64,000 nucleotides of DNA from Auanema rhodensis (Eukaryota > Animalia > Nematoda): NCBI GenBank assembly GCA_964057225.1, contig OZ059896.1, forward strand, positions 20,522,001 to 20,586,000. Direction: 5' to 3'. A program made the position numbers and the translations under genes. Position 1 is the first letter of the stretch. Every line of letters begins with the position of its first letter. Under the pieces are notes generated by a model that worked only from the letters and a program-made list of their open reading frames with translations, had not been told where the DNA came from and did no database searches. Below, in pieces: positions 42,501 to 55,107 of this stretch.

Positions 42501-43173
42501 TAAGCTAGCGCAAATCTGATAACACAGATCGACGCAGCTTAAAAATCCGCATCGAATGCACTATACTACATTGAGAAACGCTTAATACAAAAATTAGTTA
42601 TGATCGTTTGAAAAATGATGCATTAGTGTATGTTGAGTTTCCATGTACACTCAACATTGCTTCCAAAAACATTTTGACAAAAATTTTTTCGAAAAATTTC
42701 AAAATAATTTAGGAAAAAGTAGATGTTTTTAGATTCCTTTTTTCAAGGCAAAGACGATGGACAATATTATTCAACGAAAAAATTAATTCTTCAGGGTGAA
42801 AATCGAGGATATAAGTGTGAACTTATATCAGTTGATATCTCGGTGCATTTTTAAGCTAGCGCAAATCTGATAACACAGATCGACGCAGCTCAAAAATCCG
42901 CATCGAATGCACTATACTACATTGAGAAACGTTTGATACAAAAATTAGTTATGATCGTTTGAAAAATGATGCATTAGTGTATGTTGAGTTTCCATGTACA
43001 CTCAACATTGCTTCCAAAAACATTTTGACAAAAATTTTTTCGAAAAATTTCAAAATAATTTAGCAAAAAGTAGATGTTTTTAGATTCCTTTTTTCAAGGC
43101 AAAGACGATGGACAATGTTATTCAACGAAAAAATTAATTCTTCAGGGTGAAAATCGAGGATATAAGTGTGAAC

Positions 43174-46100
43174 TTACATCAGTTGATATCTCGGTGCATT
43201 TTTAAGCTAGCGCAAATCTGATAACACAGATCGACGCAGCTTAAAAATCCGCATCGAATGCACTATACTACATTGAGAAACGTTTGATACAAAAATTAGT
43301 TATGATCGTTTGAAAAATGATGCATTAGTGTATGTTGAGTTTCCATGTACACTCAACATTGCTTCCAAAAACATTTTGACAAAAATTTTTTCGAAAAATT
43401 TCAAAATAATTTAGCAAAAAGTAGATGTTTTTAGATTCCTGTTTTTAAGGCAAAGACGATGGACAATGTTATTCAACGAAAAAATTAATTCTTCAGGGTG
43501 AAAATCGAGGATATAAGTGTGAACTTATATCAGTTGATATCTCGGTGCATTTTTAAGCTAGCGCAAATCTGATAACACAGATCGACGCAGCTTAAAAATT
43601 CGCATCGAATGCACTATACTACATTGAGAAACGCTTGATACAAAAATTAGTTATGATCGTTTGAAAAATGATGCATTAGTGTATGTTGAGTTTCCATGTA
43701 CACTCAACATTGCTTCCAAAAACATTTTGACAAAAATTTTTTCGAAAAATTTCAAAATAATTTAGCAAAAAGTAGATGTTTTTAGATTCCATTTTTCAAG
43801 GCAAAGACGATGGACAATGTTATTTAACGAAAAAATTAATTCTTCAGGGTGAAAATCGAGGATATAAGTGTAAACTTATATCAGTTGATATCTCGGTGCA
43901 TTTTTAAGCTAGCGCAAATCTGATAACACAGATCGACGCAGTTTAAAAATCCGCATCGAATGCACTATACTACATTGAGAAACGCTTGATACAAAAATTA
44001 GTTATGATCGTTTGAAAAATGATGCATTAGTGTATGTTGAGTTTCCATGTACACTCAACATTGCTTCCAAAAACATTTTGACAAAAATTTTTTCGAAAAA
44101 TTTCAAAATAATTTAGCAAAAAGTAGATGTTTTTAGATTTCTTTTTTCTAGGCAAAGACGATGGACAATGTTATTCAACGAAAAAATTAATTCTTCAGGG
44201 TGAAAATCGAGGATATAAGTGTGAACTTACATCAGTTGATATCTCGGTGCATTTTTAAGCTAGCGCAAATCTGATAACACAGATCGACGCAGCTTAAAAA
44301 TCCGCATCGAATGCACTATACTACATTGAGAAACGCTTAATACAAAAATTAGTTATGATCGTTTGAAAAATGATGCATTAGTGTATGTTGAGTTTCCATG
44401 TACACTCAACATTGCTTCCAAAAACATTTTGACAAAAATTTTTTCGAAAAATTTCAAAATAATTTAGGAAAAAGTAGATGTTTTTAGATTCCTTTTTTCA
44501 AGGCAAAGACGATGGACAATGTTATTCAACGAAAAAATCAATTCTTCAGGGTGAAAATCGAGGATATAAGTGTGAACTTATATCAGTTGATATCTCGGTG
44601 CATTTCTAAGCTAGCGCAAATCTGATAACACAGATCGACGCAGCTTAAAAATCCGCATCGAATGCACTATACTACATTGAGAAACGCTTGATACAAAAAT
44701 TAGTTATGATCGTTTGAAAAATGATGCATTAGTGTATGTTGAGTTTCCATGTACACTCAACATTGCTTCCAAAAACATTTTGACAAAAATTTTTTCGAAA
44801 AATTTCAAAATAATTTAGCAAAAAGTAGATGTTTTTAGATTCCTTTTTTCAAGGCAAAGACGATGGACAATGTTATTCAACGAAAAAATTAATTCTTCAG
44901 GGTGAAAATCGAGGATATAAGTGTGAACTTACATCAGTTGATATCTCGGTGCATTTTTAAGCTAGCGCAAATCTGATAACACAGATCGACGCAGCTTAAA
45001 AATCCGCATCGAATGCACTATACTACATTGAGAAACGTTTGATACAAAAATTAGTTATGATCGTTTGAAAAATGATGCATTAGTGTATGTTGAGTTTCCA
45101 TGTACACTCAACATTGCTTCCAAAAACATTTTGACAAAAATTTTTTCGAAAAATTTCAAAATAATTTAGCAAAAAGTAGATGTTTTTAGATTCCTGTTTT
45201 TAAGGCAAAGACGATGGACAATGTTATTCAACGAAAAAATTAATTCTTCAGGGTGAAAATCGAGGATATAAGTGTGAACTTATATCAGTTGATATCTCGG
45301 TGCATTTTTAAGCTAGCGCAAATCTGATAACACAGATCGACGCAGCTTAAAAATTCGCATCGAATGCACTATACTACATTGAGAAACGCTTGATACAAAA
45401 ATTAGTTATGATCGTTTGAAAAATGATGCATTAGTGTATGTTGAGTTTCCATGTACACTCAACATTGCTTCCAAAAACATTTTGACAAAAATTTTTTCGA
45501 AAAATTTCAAAATAATTTAGCAAAAAGTAGATGTTTTTAGATTCCATTTTTCAAGGCAAAGACGATGGACAATGTTATTTAACGAAAAAATTAATTCTTC
45601 AGGGTGAAAATCGAGGATATAAGTGTAAACTTATATCAGTTGATATCTCGGTGCATTTTTAAGCTAGCGCAAATCTGATAACACAGATCGACGCAGCTCA
45701 AAAATCCGCATCGAATGCACTATACTACATTGAGAAACGTTTGATACAAAAATTAGTTATGATCGTTTGAAAAATGATGCATTAGTGTATGTTGAGTTTC
45801 CATGTACACTCAACATTGCTTCCAAAAACATTTTGACAAAAATTTTTTCGAAAAATTTCAAAATAATTTAGCAAAAAGTAGATGTTTTTAGATTCCTGTT
45901 TTTAAGGCAAAGACGATGGACAATGTTATTCAACGAAAAAATTAATTCTTCAGGGTGAAAATCGAGGATATAAGTGTGAACTTACATCAGTTGATATCTC
46001 GGTGCATTTTTAAGCTAGCGCAAATCTGATAACACAGATCGACGCAGCTTAAAAATCCGCATCGAATGCACTATACTACATTGAGAAACGCTTAATACAA

Positions 46101-48087
46101 AAATTAGTTATGATCGTTTGAAAAATGATGCATTAGTGTATGTTGAGTTTCCATGTACACTCAACATTGCTTCCAAAAACATTTTGACAAAAATTTTTTC
46201 GAAAAATTTCAAAATAATTTAGGAAAAAGTAGATGTTTTTAGATTCCTTTTTTCAAGGCAAAGACGATGGACAATGTTATTCAACGAAAAAATCAATTCT
46301 TCAGGGTGAAAATCGAGGATATAAGTGTGAACTTATATCAGTTGATATCTCGGTGCATTTTTAAGCTAGCGCAAATCTGATAACACAGATCGACGCAGCT
46401 TAAAAATCCGCATCGAATGCACTATACTACATTGAGAAACGCTTGATACAAAAATTAGTTATGATCGTTTGAAAAATGATGCATTAGTGTATGTTGAGTT
46501 TCCATGTACACTCAACATTGCTTCCAAAAACATTTTGACAAAAATTTTTTCGAAAAATTTCAAAATAATTTAGCAAAAAGTAGATGTTTTTAGATTCCTT
46601 TTTTCAAGGCAAAGACGATGGACAATGTTATTCAACGAAAAAATTAATTCTTCAGGGTGAAAATCGAGGATATAAGTGTGAACTTACATCAGTTGATATC
46701 TCGGTGCATTTTTAAGCTAGCGCAAATCTGATAACACAGATCGACGCAGCTTAAAAATCCGCATCGAATGCACTATACTACATTGAGAAACGTTTGATAC
46801 AAAAATTAGTTATGATCGTTTGAAAAATGATGCATTAGTGTATGTTGAGTTTCCATGTACACTCAACATTGCTTCCAAAAACATTTTGACAAAAATTTTT
46901 TCGAAAAATTTCAGAATAATTTAGCAAAAAGTAGATGTTTTTAGATTCCTGTTTTTAAGGCAAAGACGATGGACAATGTTATTCAACGAAAAAATTAATT
47001 CTTCAGGGTGAAAATCGAGGATATAAGTGTGAACTTATATCAGTTGATATCTCGGTGCATTTTTAAGCTAGCGCAAATCTGATAACACAGATCGACGCAG
47101 CTTAAAAATTCGCATCGAATGCACTATACTACATTGAGAAACGCTTGATACAAAAATTAGTTATGATCGTTTGAAAAATGATGCATTAGTGTATGTTGAG
47201 TTTCCATGTACACTCAACATTGCTTCCAAAAACATTTTGACAAAAATTTTTTCGAAAAATTTCAAAATAATTTAGCAAAAAGTAGATGTTTTTAGATTCC
47301 ATTTTTCAAGGCAAAGACGATGGACAATGTTATTTAACGAAAAAATTAATTCTTCAGGGTGAAAATCGAGGATATAAGTGTAAACTTATATCAGTTGATA
47401 TCTCGGTGCATTTTTAAGCTAGCGCAAATCTGATAACACAGATCGACGCAGCTTAAAAATCCGCATCGAATGCACTATACTACATTGAGAAACGCTTGAT
47501 ACAAAAATTAGTTATGATCGTTTGAAAAATGATGCATTAGTGTATGTTGAGTTTCCATGTACACTCAACATTGCTTCCAAAAACATTTTGACAAAAATTT
47601 TTTCGAAAAATTTCAAAATAATTTAGCAAAAAGTAGATGTTTTTAGATTCCTTTTTTCTAGGCAAAGACGATGGACAATGTTATTCAACGAAAAAATTAA
47701 TTCTTCAGGGTGAAAATCGAGGATATAAGTGTGAACTTACATCAGTTGATATCTCGGTGCATTTTTAAGCTAGTGCAAATCTGATAACACAGATCGACGC
47801 AGCTTAAAAATCCGCATCGAATGCACTATACTACATTGAGAAACGCTTAATACAAAAATTAGTTATGATCGTTTGAAAAATGATGCATTAGTGTATGTTG
47901 AGTTTCCATGTACACTCAACATTGCTTCCAAAAACATTTTGACAAAAATTTTTTCGAAAAATTTTAAAATAATTTAGGAAAAAGTAGATGTTTTTAGATT
48001 CCTTTTTTCAAGGCAAAGACGATGGACAATGTTATTCAACGAAAAAATCAATTCTTCAGGGTGAAAATCGAGGATATAAGTGTGAAC
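43174..48087 (+). repeat. 5-monomer (1755-bp) higher-order repeat, ~2.8 copies
   Basis: m124/129/134 share T4C, T268G, C273T. m125/130/135 share C76T, T267A, C301T, G348A. m127/132/137 share T4C, C242G, T313C. Confidence 0.8.
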
Positions 48088-51000
48088 TTATATCAGTTGA
48101 TATCTCGGTGCATTTTTAAGCTAGCGCAAATCTGATAACACAGATCGACGCAGCTTAAAAATCCGCATCGAATGCACTATACTACATTGAGAAACGCTTG
48201 ATACAAAATTTAGTTATGATCGTTTGAAAAATGATGCATTAGTGTATGTTGAGTTTCCATGTACACTCAACATTGCTTCCAAAAACATTTTGACAAAAAT
48301 TTTTTCGAAAAATTTCAAAATAATTTAGGAAAAAGTAGATGTTTTTAGATTCCTTTTTTCAAGGCAAAGACGATGGACAATATTATTCAACGAAAAAATT
48401 AATTCTTCAGGGTGAAAATCGAGGATATAAGTGTGAACTTATATCAGTTGATATCTCGGTGCATTTTTAAGCTAGCGCAAATCTGATAACACAGATCGAC
48501 GCAGCTCAAAAATCCGCATCGAATGCACTATACTACATTGAGAAACGTTTGATACAAAAATTAGTTATGATCGTTTGAAAAATGATGCATTAGTGTATGT
48601 TGAGTTTCCATGTACACTCAACATTGCTTCCAAAAACATTTTGACAAAAATTTTTTCGAAAAATTTCAAAATAATTTAGCAAAAAGTAGATGTTTTTAGA
48701 TTCCTTTTTTCAAGGCAAAGACGATGGACAATGTTATTCAACGAAAAAATTAATTCTTCAGGGTGAAAATCGAGGATATAAGTGTGAACTTACATCAGTT
48801 GATATCTCGGTGCATTTTTAAGCTAGCGCAAATCTGATAACACAGATCGACGCAGCTTAAAAATCCGCATCGAATGCACTATACTACATTGAGAAACGTT
48901 TGATACAAAAATTAGTTATGATCGTTTGAAAAATGATGCATTAGTGTATGTTGAGTTTCCATGTACACTCAACATTGCTTCCAAAAACATTTTGACAAAA
49001 ATTTTTTCGAAAAATTTCAAAATAATTTAGCAAAAAGTAGATGTTTTTAGATTCCTGTTTTTAAGGCAAAGACGATGGACAATGTTATTCAACGAAAAAA
49101 TTAATTCTTCAGGGTGAAAATCGAGGATATAAGTGTGAACTTATATCAGTTGATATCTCGGTGCATTTTTAAGCTAGCGCAAATCTGATAACACAGATCG
49201 ACGCAGCTTAAAAATTCGCATCGAATGCACTATACTACATTGAGAAACGCTTGATACAAAAATTAGTTATGATCGTTTGAAAAATGATGCATTAGTGTAT
49301 GTTGAGTTTCCATGTACACTCAACATTGCTTCCAAAAACATTTTGACAAAAATTTTTTCGAAAAATTTCAAAATAATTTAGCAAAAAGTAGATGTTTTTA
49401 GATTCCATTTTTCAAGGCAAAGACGATGGACAATGTTATTTAACGAAAAAATTAATTCTTCAGGGTGAAAATCGAGGATATAAGTGTAAACTTATATCAG
49501 TTGATATCTCGGTGCATTTTTAAGCTAGCGCAAATCTGATAACACAGATCGACGCAGTTTAAAAATCCGCATCGAATGCACTATACTACATTGAGAAACG
49601 CTTGATACAAAAATTAGTTATGATCGTTTGAAAAATGATGCATTAGTGTATGTTGAGTTTACATGTACACTCAACATTGCTTCCAAAAACATTTTGACAA
49701 AAATTTTTTCGAAAAATTTCAAAATAATTTAGCAAAAAGTAGATGTTTTTAGATTTCTTTTTTCTAGGCAAAGACGATGGACAATGTTATTCAACGAAAA
49801 AATTAATTCTTCAGGGTGAAAATCGAGGATATAAGTGTGAACTTACATCAGTTGATATCTCGGTGCATTTTTAAGCTAGCGCAAATCTGATAACACAGAT
49901 CGACGCAGCTTAAAAATCCGCATCGAATGCACTATACTACATTGAGAAACGCTTAATACAAAAATTAGTTATGATCGTTTGAAAAATGATGCATTAGTGT
50001 ATGTTGAGTTTCCATGTACACTCAACATTGCTTCCAAAAACATTTTGACAAAAATTTTTTCGAAAAATTTCAAAATAATTTAGGAAAAAGTAGATGTTTT
50101 TAGATTCCTTTTTTCAAGGCAAAGACGATGGACAATGTTATCCAACGAAAAAATCAATTCTTCAGGGTGAAAATCGAGGATATAAGTGTGAACTTATATC
50201 AGTTGATATCTCGGTGCATTTTTAAGCTAGCGCAAATCTGATAACACAGATCGACGCAGCTTAAAAATCCGCATCGAATGCACTATACTACATTGAGAAA
50301 CGCTTAATACAAAAATTAGTTATGATCGTTTGAAAAATGATGCATTAGTGTATGTTGAGTTTCCATGTACACTCAACATTGCTTCCAAAAACATTTTGAC
50401 AAAAATTTTTTCGAAAAATTTCAAAATAATTTAGGAAAAAGTAGATGTTTTTAGATTCCTTTTTTCAAGGCAAAGACGATGGACAATGTTATTCAACGAA
50501 AAAATTAATTCTTCAGGGTGAAAATCGAGGATATAAGTGTGAACTTATATCAGTTGATATCTCGGTGCATTTTTAAGCTAGCGCAAATCTGATAACACAG
50601 ATCGACGCAGCTCAAAAATTCGCATCGAATGCACTATACTACATTGAGAAACGTTTGATACAAAAATTAGTTATGATCGTTTGAAAAATGATGCATTAGT
50701 GTATGTTGAGTTTCCATGTACACTCAACATTGCTTCCAAAAACATTTTGACAAAAATTTTTTCGAAAAATTTCAAAATAATTTAGCAAAAAGTAGATGTT
50801 TTTAGATTCCATTTTTCAAGGCAAAGACGATGGACAATGTTATTTAACGAAAAAATTAATTCTTCAGGGTGAAAATCGAGGATATAAGTGTAAACTTATA
50901 TCAGTTGATATCTCGGTGCATTTTTAAGCTAGCGCAAATCTGATAACACAGATCGACGCAGTTTAAAAATCCGCATCGAATGCACTATACTACATTGAGA

Positions 51001-54000
51001 AACGCTTGATACAAAAATTAGTTATGATCGTTTGAAAAATGATGCATTAGTGTATGTTGAGTTTCCATGTACACTCAACATTGCTTCCAAAAACATTTTG
51101 ACAAAAATTTTTTCGAAAAATTTCAAAATAATTTAGCAAAAAGTAGATGTTTTTAGATTTCTTTTTTCTAGGCAAAGACGATGGACAATGTTATTCAACG
51201 AAAAAATTAATTCTTCAGGGTGAAAATCGAGGATATAAGTGTGAACTTACATCAGTTGATATCTCGGTGCATTTTTAAGCTAGCGCAAATCTGATAACAC
51301 AGATCGACGCAGCTTAAAAATCCGCATCGAATGCACTATACTACATTGAGAAACGCTTAATACAAAAATTAGTTATGATCGTTTGAAAAATGATGCATTA
51401 GTGTATGTTGAGTTTCCATGTACACTCAACATTGCTTCCAAAAACATTTTGACAAAAATTTTTTCGAAAAATTTCAAAATAATTTAGGAAAAAGTAGATG
51501 TTTTTAGATTCCTTTTTTCAAGGCAAAGACGATGGACAATGTTATTCAACGAAAAAATTAATTCTTCAGGGTGAAAATCGAGGATATAAGTGTGAACTTA
51601 TATCAGTTGATATCTCGGTGCATTTTTAAGCTAGCGCAAATCTGATAACACAGATCGACGCAGCTCAAAAATCCGCATCGAATGCACTATACTACATTGA
51701 GAAACGCTTAATACAAAAATTAGTTATGATCGTTTGAAAAATGATGCATTAGTGTATGTTGAGTTTCCATGTACACTCAACATTGCTTCCAAAAACATTT
51801 TGACAAAAATTTTTTCGAAAAATTTCAAAATAATTTAGCAAAAAGTAGATGTTTTTAGATTCCTTTTTTCAAGGCAAAGACGATGGACAATGTTATTCAA
51901 CGAAAAAATTAATTCTTCAGGGTGAAAATCGAGGATATAAGTGTGAACTTACATCAGTTGATATCTCGGTGCATTTTTAAGCTAGCGCAAATCTGATAAC
52001 ACAGATCGACGCAGCTTAAAAATCCGCATCGAATGCACTATACTACATTGAGAAACGTTTGATACAAAAATTAGTTATGATCGTTTGAAAAATGATGCAT
52101 TAGTGTATGTTGAGTTTCCATGTACACTCAACATTGCTTCCAAAAACATTTTGACAAAAATTTTTTCGAAAAATTTCAAAATAATTTAGCAAAAAGTAGA
52201 TGTTTTTAGATTCCTGTTTTTAAGGCAAAGACGATGGACAATGTTATTCAACGAAAAAATTAATTCTTCAGGGTGAAAATCGAGGATATAAGTGTGAACT
52301 TATATCAGTTGATATCTCGGTGCATTTTTAAGCTAGCGCAAATCTGATAACACAGATCGACGCAGCTTAAAAATTCGCATCGAATGCACTATACTACATT
52401 GAGAAACGCTTGATACAAAAATTAGTTATGATCGTTTGAAAAATGATGCATTAGTGTATGTTGAGTTTCCATGTACACTCAACATTGCTTCCAAAAACAT
52501 TTTGACAAAAATTTTTTCGAAAAATTTCAAAATAATTTAGCAAAAAGTAGATGTTTTTAGATTCCATTTTTCAAGGCAAAGACGATGGACAATGTTATTT
52601 AACGAAAAAATTAATTCTTCAGGGTGAAAATCGAGGATATAAGTGTAAACTTATATCAGTTGATATCTCGGTGCATTTTTAAGCTAGCGCAAATCTGATA
52701 ACACAGATCGACGCAGTTTAAAAATCCGCATCGAATGCACTATACTACATTGAGAAACGCTTGATACAAAAATTAGTTATGATCGTTTGAAAAATGATGC
52801 ATTAGTGTATGTTGAGTTTCCATGTACACTCAACATTGCTTCCAAAAACATTTTGACAAAAATTTTTTCGAAAAATTTCAAAATAATTTAGCAAAAAGTA
52901 GATGTTTTTAGATTTCTTTTTTCTAGGCAAAGACGATGGACAATGTTATTCAACGAAAAAATTAATTCTTCAGGGTGAAAATCGAGGATATAAGTGTGAA
53001 CTTACATCAGTTGATATCTCGGTGCATTTTTAAGCTAGCGCAAATCTGATAACACAGATCGACGCAGCTTAAAAATCCGCATCGAATGCACTATACTACA
53101 TTGAGAAACGCTTAATACAAAAATTAGTTATGATCGTTTGAAAAATGATGCATTAGTGTATGTTGAGTTTCCATGTACACTCAACATTGCTTCCAAAAAC
53201 ATTTTGACAAAAATTTTTTCGAAAAATTTCAAAATAATTTAGGAAAAAGTAGATGTTTTTAGATTCCTTTTTTCAAGGCAAAGACGATGGACAATGTTAT
53301 CCAACGAAAAAATCAATTCTTCAGGGTGAAAATCGAGGATATAAGTGTGAACTTATATCAGTTGATATCTCGGTGCATTTTTAAGCTAGCGCAAATCTGA
53401 TAACACAGATCGACGCAGCTTAAAAATCCGCATCGAATGCACTATACTACATTGAGAAACGCTTAATACAAAAATTAGTTATGATCGTTTGAAAAATGAT
53501 GCATTAGTGTATGTTGAGTTTCCATGTACACTCAACATTGCTTCCAAAAACATTTTGACAAAAATTTTTTCGAAAAATTTCAAAATAATTTAGGAAAAAG
53601 TAGATGTTTTTAGATTCCTTTTTTCAAGGCAAAGACGATGGACAATGTTATTCAACGAAAAAATTAATTCTTCAGGGTGAAAATCGAGGATATAAGTGTG
53701 AACTTATATCAGTTGATATCTCGGTGCATTTTTAAGCTAGCGCAAATCTGATAACACAGATCGACGCAGCTCAAAAATCCGCATCGAATGCACTATACTA
53801 CATTGAGAAACGTTTGATACAAAAATTAGTTATGATCGTTTGAAAAATGATGCATTAGTGTATGTTGAGTTTCCATGTACACTCAACATTGCTTCCAAAA
53901 ACATTTTGACAAAAATTTTTTCGAAAAATTTCAAAATAATTTAGCAAAAAGTATATGTTTTTAGATTCCTTTTCTTAAGGCAAAGACGATGGACAATGTT

Positions 54001-55107
54001 ATTCAACGAAAAAATTAATTCTTCAGGGTGAAAATCGAGGATATAAATGTGAACTTATATCAGTTGATATCTCGGTGCATTTTTAAGCTAGCGCAAATCT
54101 GATAACACAGATCGACGCAGCTTAAAAATCCGCATCGAATGCACTGTACTACATTGAGAAACGCTTAATACACAAATTAGTTATGATCGTTTGAAAAATG
54201 ATGCATTAGTGTGTGTTGAGTTTCCATGTACACTCAACATTGCTTCCAAAAACATTTTGACAAAAATTTTTTCGAAAAATTTCAAAATAATTTAGCAAAA
54301 AGTAGATGTTTTTAGATTCCATTTTTCAAGGCAAAGACGATGGACAATGTTATTTAACGAAAAAATTAATTCTTCAGGGTGAAAATCGAGGATATAAGTG
54401 TAAACTTATATCAGTTGATATCTCGGTGCATTTTTAAGCTAGCGCAAATCTGATAACACAGATCGACGCAGCTTAAAAATCCGCATCGAATGCACTATAC
54501 TACATTGAGAAACGCTTGATACAAAAATTAGTTATGATCGTTTGAAAAATGATGCATTAGTGTATGTTGAGTTTCCATGTACACTCAACATTGCTTCCAA
54601 AAACATTTTGACAAAAATTTTTTCGAAAAATTTCAAAATAATTTAGCAAAAAGTAGATGTTTTTAGATTCCTTTTTTCTAGGCAAAGACGATGGACAATG
54701 TTATTCAACGAAAAAATTAATTCTTCAGGGTGAAAATCGAGGATATAAGTGTGAACTTACATCAGTTGATATCTCGGTGCATTTTTAAGCTAGCGCAAAT
54801 CTGATAACACAGATCGACGCAGCTTAAAAATCCGCATCGAATGCACTATACTACATTGAGAAACGCTTAATACAAAAATTAGTTATGATCGTTTGAAAAA
54901 TGATGCATTAGTGTATGTTGAGTTTCCATGTACACTCAACATTGCTTCCAAAAACATTTTGACAAAAATTTTTTCGAAAAATTTCAAAATAATTCAGCAA
55001 AAAGTAGATGTTTTTAGATTCCTTTTTTCAAGGCAAAGACGATGGACAATGTTATTCAACGAAAAAATTAATTCTTCAGGGTGAAAATCGAGGATATAAG
55101 TGTGAAC

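Noticed and set aside
5051-55084. Thirteen near-identical 63-aa ORFs (MKNDALVYVEF...)
   Set aside because: They start at TTG (p137) and exist only where T239C turns TAG into CAG; the other monomers stop at codon 35. The peptide reflects A/T tracts (rich in K, F, I, N) and has no recognisable domain.
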